Source of the DNA: Thermofilaceae archaeon
GTDB taxonomy: Archaea; Thermoproteota; Thermoprotei; Thermofilales; Thermofilaceae
Reading direction: 5' to 3'
Length of the DNA: 64,000 nucleotides
Assembly: GCA_038727095.1 (NCBI GenBank)
Contig: JAVYWK010000008.1
Location: forward strand, 1 to 64,000
Shown here: one piece after another, positions 44,962-54,779 of the stretch
Layout of the letters: each line of letters starts with the position of its first letter
Numbering within the stretch: position 1 is the stretch's first letter
Notes under the pieces: model-generated
What the model was told of the DNA's origin: nothing
Database searches by the model: none
Seen by the model: the letters and a program-made list of their open reading frames with translations, nothing else
Translations under genes and position numbers: made by a program

Positions 44962-46839
44962 CTACTGTACTTTTCCGGGGGCGTGGGCTAGCCTAACCCA
45001 CACTTGCATAGGCCCGGGCTCGCGGTTAGCCCAAGCGTAGTACGGTACCGCTGTGAACTCCACCTCCCTAGCCCGCTCTTCCACCTCGCCGAGGCGCGCG
45101 TAGAGCCTCTTCTCCCAGCCGCCGGCGTCTAGGGCTAGCGCCCTACCCCTAACCACTGCCACGCCTCCAAGAAGGTCTGGGCGCCACTCCACTTTCATCT
45201 CGCCCGGTACCAGGGCTAGGTTCCAGACATCGTGGCTGTTGTCGGCCTGCTCCAAGCAGTAGACGAGGGGGCCGTACTTTACGGCGCACCTGCACGTGTT
45301 GTAGGTGACCCATGGGTGGCTTACGAGGAGGTACGGACCCATCTCGAATCTAAGCGCAACCCTATCGCCCTCCCTCCACCTCCTCTTCACCTCAAGGAAG
45401 GTGCCCGGCCGCACTGGCTCCAATCTCTCCCCGTTCACCTCGACTTTAGCTACACGAGTCCAGCCCGGGATTCTCACGAAGAGGGAGAACTCGTCGATGC
45501 CCCGCGGCTTCACCTCAATATCGACCTGCCCATCCCACGGGTAGTTGGTGCGCTCGATCAGTTCCACAGATCCTCCGTCAAGCTCGATCGTGGCTCTGCT
45601 GGCTGCGTAAAGCACCGTGTAGATGCCCATCCGCGTCTTCGCGTAGAGCATCCCCGGGACGTAGGCGATCAGCCTGGCGATGTTCGGCGGGCAGCAGGCG
45701 CACTCGAACCACCTCTGCCTCCGGTGCCTCCCCCTATCCGCGAGCGGGTTAACGTAGAAGTACAGGTCCCCACTGAGCGAGATGCCGGCGAGCGCACCGT
45801 TGTAGAGGGCCAGCTCCATTACGTCTGCGAACCGAGCTTCGCCCGTCGCTAGCAGCATCCTCCAGTTCCACATCACGTTGGCAACGGCGGCGCACGTCTC
45901 CGCGTAGGCCCTCTCGTTGGGGAGCTCGTAGGCTTCGCCTATCGCCTCACCCTCGTACCTCGACCCCACGCCGCCGGTCACGTACATCTTCCTCGTGACG
46001 AGGTCCTCCCAGAGGAGCTCCAGCGCTCTGAGCAGGTCAACATCGCCGTTCTCCATGTAGACGTCAGTAGCGCCGCAGCAGAGGTACAGCGCTCGCACAG
46101 CGTGCCCTGTGATCTCGGTCATCTGCTTGAACGGCACGTGATCCAGGTGGTAGGGGCTCCCCCCGATCAGCCCCCTCCCCCTCCTCTCGATGAGGAGCTG
46201 GGCCAGCTCGAGGTACCTGCGCTCCCCCACTTCCCTGTAGAGCTCGACGAGCGCCATCTCGACCTCCGGGTGCCCGTCGACAGCCTCCCGTTTGCCGGGG
46301 CCGAAGACCTCGTAAATGTGGTCGGCGGACCTGACGGCAGCGTCGAGAAGGTCCTCTTCACCCGTGGTTCTGCTCCTCGCGACCGCCGCTTGGAAAAGGT
46401 GGCCGGCGCAGTACATCTCGTGCAAGTCGCGCAGGTTCGTCCACCTCTCCCCCTTCCTCTCAAAGGTGAAGAAGGTGTTCAGGTAGCCGTCCTCATCCTG
46501 CGCCGCGATTATCTCGGCTACAGCGCGATCCACCAACCCCTTCAACCGGGCGTCATGCTCGTAAGCTAGGGCCCACTGAGCCGCTTCCACCCACTTGTAG
46601 ACGTCCGAGTCGTTGAAGACGAGCCCCCTGAAAGGCTCTTTGATCTTACCGGCTGCGCGCCTGAAGTTATCGATGCGCCCCGTTTCCTCCAGCAGCTCGT
46701 ACTGCGACGGCAGCGTCGCATCGATCAGCTTTCTGAGGCGTGGAGCCCAGAAGCCGTCCATCAGCCTGACGCGCCCAAGCGGGACTGGTTCCAACTTGGC
46801 GTACGGGCTCTTCGAGGTGTCAATTACGAGTTGCTGCAC
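44962..46839 (-). CDS. beta-L-arabinofuranosidase family (GH127)
   Basis: FNDSDVYKW, HEMYCAGH, GHAVRALY, YAETCAA and CACCPPN. Start placed at GTG 46839. Confidence 0.9.
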   Translation of the reverse strand: MQQLVIDTSKSPYAKLEPVPLGRVRLMDGFWAPRLRKLIDATLPSQYELLEETGRIDNFRRAAGKIKEPFRGLVFNDSDVYKWVEAAQWALAYEHDARLKGLVDRAVAEIIAAQDEDGYLNTFFTFERKGERWTNLRDLHEMYCAGHLFQAAVARSRTTGEEDLLDAAVRSADHIYEVFGPGKREAVDGHPEVEMALVELYREVGERRYLELAQLLIERRGRGLIGGSPYHLDHVPFKQMTEITGHAVRALYLCCGATDVYMENGDVDLLRALELLWEDLVTRKMYVTGGVGSRYEGEAIGEAYELPNERAYAETCAAVANVMWNWRMLLATGEARFADVMELALYNGALAGISLSGDLYFYVNPLADRGRHRRQRWFECACCPPNIARLIAYVPGMLYAKTRMGIYTVLYAASRATIELDGGSVELIERTNYPWDGQVDIEVKPRGIDEFSLFVRIPGWTRVAKVEVNGERLEPVRPGTFLEVKRRWREGDRVALRFEMGPYLLVSHPWVTYNTCRCAVKYGPLVYCLEQADNSHDVWNLALVPGEMKVEWRPDLLGGVAVVRGRALALDAGGWEKRLYARLGEVEERAREVEFTAVPYYAWANREPGPMQVWVRLAHAPGKVQ

Positions 46840-46930
46840 GCAGCTTCGATGATTGCCCGCTGAAATCTTTTTCCTAATCTTTTTAACTATAGAGCGTAAG
46901 GCTAAAAAGTGTAGTGAGAGGCACGGACTT

Positions 46931-47689
46931 GTGAGCGAGCTGGAGGGGGGAGAGAAGCTATTGGAGGAGGCCAGGAGCGCCATAAGACAGTTCGGCGACT
47001 TGCAGTACGAGCTGAGGGATTACGAGAAGCGGAGGAGCGAGGTGCTCCGCATGTACTCGACGGGGCAGGTTTCCAGGGAGGTTTTCGAGAACCTCATGGG
47101 CGAGCTCAAGCAGAAGATGCTCCCCCTCGTGAAGAGGTACTTCGAGCTGAAGTGGAGGCTGAGGGAGCTCGAATCGCAGCTACGGCTTGTGGTGACCAGG
47201 CTCAGCGTCGAAGCTAGGGCTTCGGAGAGTTCCCCGTACAGAGCCAGTTTCGAGAGGGATCAGCGCTTGAGAGCTACGCTCTCCAGGGTGGGTAGCACGT
47301 TGGAGGACGTCCAGCAGACCCTGAAGAACGTTGATGCTGAAAGAGAGTTGAGGATGCTGGATGTCCTTCTCGATGTCCTCCCGAGGGAGGAGGTTGAAGC
47401 GTGGAGGCAGGTGATCGGTGAAGTGCTGGAGGGATGGTCTCGCACGCGATTCTCCTACGCCAGCAGAGTTGAGGAGCTGGAGAGGAAGTTGGAGTCACTC
47501 AAGGATGCTTTAAGGGAGCTCGAGATAAGATTCGCCGTGGGGGAGTACGAGAGGGGGGAGTACGAGCTGAGGCGCTCAGCGGCCGAGAGGGAAGCGGGTG
47601 AGGTGCAGGCTCAACTTGAGGAGCTTCAGGAGAGATTGGAGGACCTCGACCTTATCGCAGCTAGGTGCAGGGAGTTTCTGGCTAGGTGA
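46931..47689 (+). CDS. all-helical coiled-coil protein with two SHOCT-like motifs (CdvA-like coiled coil)
   Basis: E/R/L-rich heptads; YSTGQVSREVFE and RFAVGEYERGEYE. Start placed at GTG 46931. Confidence 0.75.
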   Translation: MSELEGGEKLLEEARSAIRQFGDLQYELRDYEKRRSEVLRMYSTGQVSREVFENLMGELKQKMLPLVKRYFELKWRLRELESQLRLVVTRLSVEARASESSPYRASFERDQRLRATLSRVGSTLEDVQQTLKNVDAERELRMLDVLLDVLPREEVEAWRQVIGEVLEGWSRTRFSYASRVEELERKLESLKDALRELEIRFAVGEYERGEYELRRSAAEREAGEVQAQLEELQERLEDLDLIAARCREFLAR

Positions 47690-50367
47690 GGCTGATGGTT
47701 GCCCAGAGAAGGTTCATACTCACCGTGCTCCCGCTGCTCCTCGCTGTCGCGCTGGCTGGAGCAAGGGGTCAGGGGGTCAGAGAGGTGAGGGTGTTCAACC
47801 CGCTCCCCTACCCCCGCAGCGAGATCATAAGGTTGAACCTCAATTTCCTGGAAGGTGAAGCTTACAATGGGACGCTCAGCATCCGGGATTCCTCGGGCAA
47901 CCCAATCCCCCTCCAGCTGGTTAACTGCACCTTCTACCCTTCCGGGCACTACAAGAGCTGCTCCCTCCTATTTCGGGCTGATCTACCACCCTTGAACGTA
48001 ACTCGGTACTTCATTACGTACTACTCGGCCCCGCCCGGGTACAACGTTAGCGTCCATGGGGGGTTGAGCGTCCGTTCCGCTAACCTGACCCTCGTTGCTT
48101 TCAATGCTACGGGCTCCTACGCCATCAATGTGACTAAAGCCATTATGGTCAGAGGGCCCGGTTACACAGTCATATTCAGCAACTCGTCTCTCGTTAACTT
48201 CCTCTTCGATGACGTGGGCGGCAACCTCGTCTTTGTCGACTGGCCGCTGGCGGGTTTCGTGGTTATGAGGAACCTAACGATCGCGGCTAGCGGCTACGAT
48301 TTGAAGGAGTGCCAGGTTAAGCTGCTACTCAACGGGACGCTCGAGGCGAAGGTCGAGCAGGTTTGCCGCCATGGTGGGTTCGAGCTCAGTCAGGTGTTTA
48401 CGTTCAGCGGTTTATCGGCCTTCGTACGCGTCGACGCGCGGCTAAAGGGGGTGGAGGAAGGGCTCCTCTTCTTCCCCTTCCTGAGGCTCGCCGCCTCTGA
48501 TTTTCGCGAGGCAATAATCAACGCGACCAGCGTTAGTGTAAGCCGAGAGCGGAGCTACGTTCCTGCCCCCCGCTGGCTGGCGCTGAGGGGTGGAAGAGGG
48601 TGGTTAGTTGTAGCTGTTAACTACACAAGTGTTGACCCGAGGTCCGTGCTGGAGGCGCAGAGGCTCACTCTCTTCAGGAGGTACGTTAACGAGACGCACC
48701 CGCTGCAGAAGGCGCTTTACGAGCGTTTACTGAAGATCCACGGAAACCTCACGAGAGTTCTAACAGCTGGTCAGCTTGCAGAAGCGGGAAGGCTAAACCT
48801 CACGCAAACATTGAGAGAAGCTGACTACCTCGCGGCTTTCAGTTCTGAGAGGGACCTCCTCCTTAAGAACCTGACAGACTTACTCGAGGCGACTGAGAGA
48901 GTGGCTAGCAGGCTCCTATTCATGCCTCAAGAGGGGGCTCTCAACATAGCGTACCAGGTAGGGAGGAGGGAAGCTAGCATCAATGCAACAATCGTTCTGG
49001 CGGTAGTCACAGAAAGCCCCCGCGATCTCGTTAGGTTCTCCCTCTTGAGCGCGGTCGCTACACCGGCCGTACTCTACGCCCCTATTGAGGCCCGACTCGA
49101 CGCGCCAACCACCGTCTACGTTGACGATTACCTCCCAGTTAGCGCCGTCGTAAGATCAGCGGAGGGCCTGCGCAACGTCAGCGTCAGGCTAGTGCTCCCG
49201 GAGCATGCATTCGCGGTTGTAGAGGGCAGGAAAAGCGTTAACTTCACGCTCCTGCAGGGCACGCAGAGGGTTGATTGGACTCTGAGAGCGATGTACGAAG
49301 GCAGCTGGCCCATTCTCCTCAACGTGTCAAGCCCGTGGGGTAGCCTCATCCTTGAGAGAACCATCAACGTTTCGCTACTGCCCATCGTACCACGCGTCAT
49401 CATCCCCAGAGCATTCAACGCGACGATCATTTGCATCGATGCGCAGGGTAGACCCCTCTCGGGTTACCTGGTTAACCTCTACGAGAACGCTACTCGCGTG
49501 TTGGTACGCTGGGGGTTCACGAACGAGAGCGGCCTGCTGCGCTTCACAAACGTCACCGCCGGCGTGTACCGCATTGAGGTCACAGATGGTTTCCACAGCA
49601 CATGGAGCACCGTCTACATCTACTCTGACAGAAACTTCACCGTGAGCGTAGGCTTGTCCAACTTGAGGGTCAGGGTCGAGCTGGCCGAGGGGCGTCCTCT
49701 ACCCCAAGCGGCTGTCTACGTTCGAGATGAGGAGGGCAGCCTCGTCTGCGCGGGCTTCACAGATGCTAACGGCACGGTGCTGTGCACCGGTCTTCCTCGC
49801 GGCAACTATACGGTATCCCTGCGGTGGCAAGGGGCGCTCGCCGGCTCCACACGCGTTTCCCTAACTAACGATACCCAGGTTGTGCTAAGGGGGCTCGTGA
49901 GGCTTGTGACAGTCTACGTCTCGCTAGGCGGAAGCCCAGCGGCTGGCGCCGTCGTAGCCGCGTTCTCGCCTGGAGGGACCCTAATTGCTACTACATACAC
50001 AGATGAAAGAGGGATAGCCCAGTTGTACCTGCTCCCCGGCCCCTACCGGTTCACCGCTACAAAGGGCCAGTACAGTTCAAGCGTAACTGCCGACGTCAGG
50101 GTCGGCGGGTACGTAGAGCTAAACCTGACGCTTTCACCAAGCCTCTGGCTGCTAATCGCAGTAACCGCCGCGTTGTGGTCGGTCACAGCTTACGTATGGC
50201 ACCGGAGGACAAGTTACGTGTACAGGGAGAGGGAGCGGTACAAGCGCCTCCTTCAGCGGCTCGAGGAGCTTTACGGTAGAGGGGAGGTTGAGGAGAGGTT
50301 CTACGTGAAGCTTAAACAGGAGTACGAGACGAAACTAAACGAGCTGAGCCGAGGTGAGTGGGAGTGA
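47686..50367 (+). CDS. membrane-anchored surface glycoprotein with carboxypeptidase-regulatory-like repeats and SHOCT-like tail
   Basis: Signal peptide; about 30 N-x-S/T sequons by hand count; three G.P..GA.V...TD..G...G.Y repeats; TM helix; LYGRGEVEERFY. Confidence 0.8.
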   Translation: MRLMVAQRRFILTVLPLLLAVALAGARGQGVREVRVFNPLPYPRSEIIRLNLNFLEGEAYNGTLSIRDSSGNPIPLQLVNCTFYPSGHYKSCSLLFRADLPPLNVTRYFITYYSAPPGYNVSVHGGLSVRSANLTLVAFNATGSYAINVTKAIMVRGPGYTVIFSNSSLVNFLFDDVGGNLVFVDWPLAGFVVMRNLTIAASGYDLKECQVKLLLNGTLEAKVEQVCRHGGFELSQVFTFSGLSAFVRVDARLKGVEEGLLFFPFLRLAASDFREAIINATSVSVSRERSYVPAPRWLALRGGRGWLVVAVNYTSVDPRSVLEAQRLTLFRRYVNETHPLQKALYERLLKIHGNLTRVLTAGQLAEAGRLNLTQTLREADYLAAFSSERDLLLKNLTDLLEATERVASRLLFMPQEGALNIAYQVGRREASINATIVLAVVTESPRDLVRFSLLSAVATPAVLYAPIEARLDAPTTVYVDDYLPVSAVVRSAEGLRNVSVRLVLPEHAFAVVEGRKSVNFTLLQGTQRVDWTLRAMYEGSWPILLNVSSPWGSLILERTINVSLLPIVPRVIIPRAFNATIICIDAQGRPLSGYLVNLYENATRVLVRWGFTNESGLLRFTNVTAGVYRIEVTDGFHSTWSTVYIYSDRNFTVSVGLSNLRVRVELAEGRPLPQAAVYVRDEEGSLVCAGFTDANGTVLCTGLPRGNYTVSLRWQGALAGSTRVSLTNDTQVVLRGLVRLVTVYVSLGGSPAAGAVVAAFSPGGTLIATTYTDERGIAQLYLLPGPYRFTATKGQYSSSVTADVRVGGYVELNLTLSPSLWLLIAVTAALWSVTAYVWHRRTSYVYRERERYKRLLQRLEELYGRGEVEERFYVKLKQEYETKLNELSRGEWE

Positions 50368-53300
50368 GGCGGGCAACAAGCTACGCGGTATTCGCCCTCC
50401 TATCGCTACTTGCATCGGTAGGCATAGCGGTCGCTACACCCGAAAGCCAGCTCATAGTCATAGTTCGCGAGTACCCCAGCGGGAGGCCTCTGGGGGGCGT
50501 ATCCCTCAACGTTACGCTGTGGATTGGGGGGAGGACTCTGACATTTAACGCGCTGACAAACCCCGTCGGGATGTGGAACATACAGCTAGACCTGAAGCCG
50601 CAGGAGGCCTACCTGGTTAGGCTCTCAGTAGCACCCGCGAACTTCACAGGCTTCTCCTCCCCGCAACCCGCCCTACCCGTGCGCGTGGCTGATACGATGA
50701 TCGACGAAATAGACTACAGAGCAGCCTTCATACCCTCTGCCAACGTAACAGAGCTCTCAGAGCTCAGGATCCCCCTCCAGGTTACCCAGAGCGGCAATGT
50801 TAGCCTAGTGAGGTGCGCAATCTGGATCGCTCCAGCGAGATTCGTTAACGTCAGCGTTCTAGACCCGGTAACCCGAAGGCCGACGAGAGTAACCGTGAAG
50901 CCGGGAGCCCCTCTCGTTGCGAGAGGCTACCTTCAGCCGTACCTCCTCCCGATAGGCTACCCTGTGCTGGTTAGGGCTGACACCCCCCTGACGGAGGCTC
51001 GGCAGCTGAGGTTCTGGGTGACCAATGAGACTCGCCTCGTGCCATGGTCGTACTACGCTGCTGATGCATTCCTGAAAGGGCAGCTGGCCTCCATTGACGA
51101 TACGCTAAGGCAGTTAGAGGCGATCGGCTATCCGACTGAAGAGTTTAGGAGGGGGGCGAGCCTGTTAAGGGCTGTTGCATGGCAGGCTTTGATCTACTTT
51201 GAGCGGGGCAATTACACGACGGCTATCGGAGCTCTCCTGGGGCTCGTCAACGGAGTTAACTCGCTGCGCAGTAGAGTGGACAACCTTTTCAGCTACTCAC
51301 AGTTAGCCGCTGTTGGGGTTATCCTGCTCACCCTAGCATTCACCCACGTCTTGTCAGCAATGCTCTTTGAGAGGCGAAGGCATCTCTTCGTGACTCGGTT
51401 AGCCTTGTTGGTGGCGCTCATCCTGTTCGCGCTGTACACGTCGCCGACGATGAGGGTCGCCGCAGCCGGACTCCTCGGGACACTGGGGGTACCCATGGCG
51501 GCGCTGGATTACCCCACGCTGGTTGCCGGAACCCTTCTCCTAAGCTTCCTAGCTTACAGCCTGCTCGTGCTCTTCTCAGCCGTTTCCGGTCCCGTGAGGG
51601 GCTTCTGGCTGCAGATAGCGCTCAGGTACATGAAGTCCAAGCGCCTAAGAACTGTGCTGGTTCTCACGGCCATGACCTTAGTCGTATCCTCGGTGCTCGC
51701 GGTCTCCGGCGTCACTATAGGTTCCGCAGTGATGGTGAAGAGCGGCCGGGGCTCTGGCTTCTACGGCCTCGACGTAGAGGTTGATACGATTCGCCGACCC
51801 ACGGGCATGAACTTGTCGGAAGTTGAATGGCTCAGAGCGCTGGTTAACGCCACTGCAGTAGGCCGCATGGCCACCCCGCCTCCAAACTACCTGGGCGTGC
51901 TTGTGATGACTCGCGCCTCCGAAGCAATGATCTTAACCCAGATGGCCGCCATCGATATCACCTTCGCAGCACGATACTTCAACCTGACAGCCGCTCTCTA
52001 CGACGGGAGGCTTCCTCGAGATGGCGCGGCCGAGATCCTCCTGCCGAAGGGCTTCTCAACTTCACTAAGCATAGGCGACAGCGTGTGGCTTTTCTTCGCC
52101 CAGCCGAGCGCACAGGGCCCACCCTCGCCGGCGGGCCCCGTATGGGACACGCCCGTACGAGTGGTGGGCTTCTTCGATCCGCTCGTCCTCAACGGGACGT
52201 TGGACCCGGAGCTGAGGCCGCTCTTCGGTGATCTTGCGCGAGTAAACTTCCTCGTAATAGCACCCTTCGATCCTCTAGCGCGCAGGTTAGCCCTCTCGCG
52301 AGTCTGGCTGCTTACAGCAAATGCCACGCCCGCTGGAGATGCGGCTCAACTTGTATTCACTGCGCTCCCCGTTACAGTGCACGTGCTCGAGGGCGACCGC
52401 GTCACCACCTACGAGAGGACGCTCCAGCTGTCGTTCAGGGGGCAAGAGTCGTTAGTGCTCCTAGTCATAGCAGCCTTGATGAACGCTATGGTGATGCTCG
52501 GCCACGTAGAGGACAGGAGGAGGGACGTTTACACAATGGCAACGCTGGGCGCCGACCCTAAGAACCTATTCAACGCGATGATCGTCGAGGCTTCAATCAT
52601 AGGTATCGTGGCCTCCTACCTCGGTTGGCTCCTTGCCCCTGTGATAAACCTGGTGCCCTCATCCTTCACCTTCCTCTTCGGCGGGGCGCCGATCGCGATC
52701 TCGCCGCCGCCGGTTGAAAGCCTGTTCTACGCGGCGGGGCTTGGGCTAGCCACGTCCGTGCTCTCGGCTTACGTGCCGTCGAGGAGGGCGAGCGGCCTCT
52801 CCAGGATGGGTAGGGAGGAGAGGAAGGTGATCTCGCCCAGCGAGCTCAAGCTGGTGGGTGGAATGGCGATATACGAGCTGCCGGTTAGGGTCTCGGTCTT
52901 CGAGAGCGAGGCGCTGTACAGGTACTTGAAGGAGATCCTTCCGAAGAAGGACATCCTGGGGGAGGAGGTTTACCTGGATGGAACCTTCGCGATCTCCTTC
53001 GCCATCCTACCGCCGCACATGAGGGGTACTCTCGTCACTTGCAGGCTCCGAACGGTTAAGCGCGGCGACAGCCTGATCCTGCAGCTCGAGGTCCCGGAGG
53101 AGTACAGGAGCTACATCTACCTGAGCGACGTGATCTACGCGCTCGAGACGAAGCTGCTCGACTACTCCAAGTGGAGGGACACGCAGTTCAGGTACCAGAT
53201 TCTGAGGTACGCGCCGCGACGCGAAGTACTGACGCTGGACGCCCTCCTCGAGCGGAGCTCGAACGTCATGGCTAGAGCCAGGGAGCTGGAGCTGAAGTTG

Positions 53301-53627
53301 AGGAGGCTCGACGAGATGAAGGCCACGATATCCACGAGCTTGTACACCGAGTACGAGAGGAAGTACAGGAGGGAGCTCAACATACTCATCCGGGAGCTCC
53401 TCACGCTCTCGCTAAGGCTCGAGCCATTCGTGAGCCAGCTGCGCGATGAGATGCGCAAGCTCGAGTCCGAAAGGGAGAAGCACAGGGTCGCATACGAGCT
53501 GGGCGAGCTAAGCGAGGCGGAGTACAAGGCCGCTGTTGAACCGATAGAGAAGCAGCTCGACGAGTACGCGAGCAGGCTCAAGATGATAGAGGAGGTAAAC
53601 TCCTTCCTGGCGTCGAGGCGCAGGTAG
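50358..53627 (+). CDS. FtsX/MacB-type permease-domain protein with large extracellular domains and C-terminal coiled coil
   Basis: Signal peptide; KRLRTVLVL; GRLP..AAEILLP; EDRRRDVYTMATLGA...EASIIG; YELGELSEAEY tail. Confidence 0.8.
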   Translation: MGVRRATSYAVFALLSLLASVGIAVATPESQLIVIVREYPSGRPLGGVSLNVTLWIGGRTLTFNALTNPVGMWNIQLDLKPQEAYLVRLSVAPANFTGFSSPQPALPVRVADTMIDEIDYRAAFIPSANVTELSELRIPLQVTQSGNVSLVRCAIWIAPARFVNVSVLDPVTRRPTRVTVKPGAPLVARGYLQPYLLPIGYPVLVRADTPLTEARQLRFWVTNETRLVPWSYYAADAFLKGQLASIDDTLRQLEAIGYPTEEFRRGASLLRAVAWQALIYFERGNYTTAIGALLGLVNGVNSLRSRVDNLFSYSQLAAVGVILLTLAFTHVLSAMLFERRRHLFVTRLALLVALILFALYTSPTMRVAAAGLLGTLGVPMAALDYPTLVAGTLLLSFLAYSLLVLFSAVSGPVRGFWLQIALRYMKSKRLRTVLVLTAMTLVVSSVLAVSGVTIGSAVMVKSGRGSGFYGLDVEVDTIRRPTGMNLSEVEWLRALVNATAVGRMATPPPNYLGVLVMTRASEAMILTQMAAIDITFAARYFNLTAALYDGRLPRDGAAEILLPKGFSTSLSIGDSVWLFFAQPSAQGPPSPAGPVWDTPVRVVGFFDPLVLNGTLDPELRPLFGDLARVNFLVIAPFDPLARRLALSRVWLLTANATPAGDAAQLVFTALPVTVHVLEGDRVTTYERTLQLSFRGQESLVLLVIAALMNAMVMLGHVEDRRRDVYTMATLGADPKNLFNAMIVEASIIGIVASYLGWLLAPVINLVPSSFTFLFGGAPIAISPPPVESLFYAAGLGLATSVLSAYVPSRRASGLSRMGREERKVISPSELKLVGGMAIYELPVRVSVFESEALYRYLKEILPKKDILGEEVYLDGTFAISFAILPPHMRGTLVTCRLRTVKRGDSLILQLEVPEEYRSYIYLSDVIYALETKLLDYSKWRDTQFRYQILRYAPRREVLTLDALLERSSNVMARARELELKLRRLDEMKATISTSLYTEYERKYRRELNILIRELLTLSLRLEPFVSQLRDEMRKLESEREKHRVAYELGELSEAEYKAAVEPIEKQLDEYASRLKMIEEVNSFLASRRR

Positions 53628-53639
53628 CCTCAAACCCTT

Positions 53640-54779
53640 TTAATTCCTCTTTTTCCAACCCTCCACGATCTTGGAGAAAAGATCGAACACCCAGCTCGTG
53701 TCGTTCGGCCCCGGCGAAGCCTCAGGGTGGAACTGGACGCAGAGAACCCCCCTCTCTTCGTCTATGACCCCCTCGATGGTTTCATCATCGGCGTTGATGA
53801 ACCAGGGCTCGAGACCGGTCTCCGCCAGCGATTTCCTCTCCACGGCGTAACCGTGGTTCTGAGAGGTCATGTAGCACCTTCCCGTCCGAAGATCAACTGC
53901 TGGCTTGTTGGCTCCGCGATGCCCGTAGCGCAGCTTGAAGATTCGCGCCCCGCGAGCCAGCGAAATCACCTGGTGGCCGAGGCAGATCCCCAGCATGGGG
54001 TAGCCGTACTCGATCAGCGCTTTCGCGCACTCGATGGCTTCCCCGTAGAGCGAGGGGTTCCCGGGGCCGTTGCTGAAGACTACGCCCACCGGGTTCAGAT
54101 CCAGCACGCGCTCCGCTCTGGTCCCGTAGGGCAGCAGCGCAACATCGTAACCTCTCGTGAGGAGCGCTCTCACGATGCTCGCCTTGACGCCACAGTCGTA
54201 GAGCGCAACCACCCCACGCCCCCTCCCCGATTCAAGCTTCACGGGTTCCCTGACGGAAACCCTCTCGGCCAGCTTCAGCGAGCCGTAGTCCGTCCCTCTG
54301 GCGAGCTTCAGGAGTTCCTCAACGCTGGGCTCCCCCTCCTCGTAGACTGCGAGTGCGCCCATCATCACGCCCCTCTCCCTGATCCTCTGCGTGATGCGCC
54401 TCGTGTCCACACCCCAGATTCCGGGAATACCCTCGTCCCTCAACCACTCGTGGATCGACCTCCTCGAGGCCCAGTGGCTCGGCTCTAAGCAGGCCTCGTG
54501 CACGACCACCCCTTCTACCTTGATGCCCCTCGATTCGAAGTGCAGCGGGAGCCCGTACCTGTCGGTCAGCTCGTACGGCGGTACACCGTAGTTGCCGATC
54601 AAGGGGTAGGTAAAGACGAGGATCTGCCCAAGGTAGGAGGGGTCGGTCAGCGCCTCCGTGTAGCCGACCATGCCCGTCGTGAAGACCACCTCACCCACAG
54701 CCATGCCGGGTGCGCCAAAGCCGCGCCCCCTCACCACCGTCCCGTCCTCGAGGACGAGGATCGCCCTCACACCCACCAC
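53640..54779 (-). CDS. carA: carbamoyl-phosphate synthase small subunit
   Basis: LTDPSY, YPLIGNYG, SNGPGNP, GICLGHQ, SQNHGY and QFHPEASPGP motifs. Confidence 0.96.
   Translation of the reverse strand: MVGVRAILVLEDGTVVRGRGFGAPGMAVGEVVFTTGMVGYTEALTDPSYLGQILVFTYPLIGNYGVPPYELTDRYGLPLHFESRGIKVEGVVVHEACLEPSHWASRRSIHEWLRDEGIPGIWGVDTRRITQRIRERGVMMGALAVYEEGEPSVEELLKLARGTDYGSLKLAERVSVREPVKLESGRGRGVVALYDCGVKASIVRALLTRGYDVALLPYGTRAERVLDLNPVGVVFSNGPGNPSLYGEAIECAKALIEYGYPMLGICLGHQVISLARGARIFKLRYGHRGANKPAVDLRTGRCYMTSQNHGYAVERKSLAETGLEPWFINADDETIEGVIDEERGVLCVQFHPEASPGPNDTSWVFDLFSKIVEGWKKRN

Noticed and set aside
46931-47689. Cell-division protein CdvA
   Set aside because: Only generic coiled-coil similarity. 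There is no N-terminal PRC barrel and no adjacent ESCRT-III or Vps4 genes.
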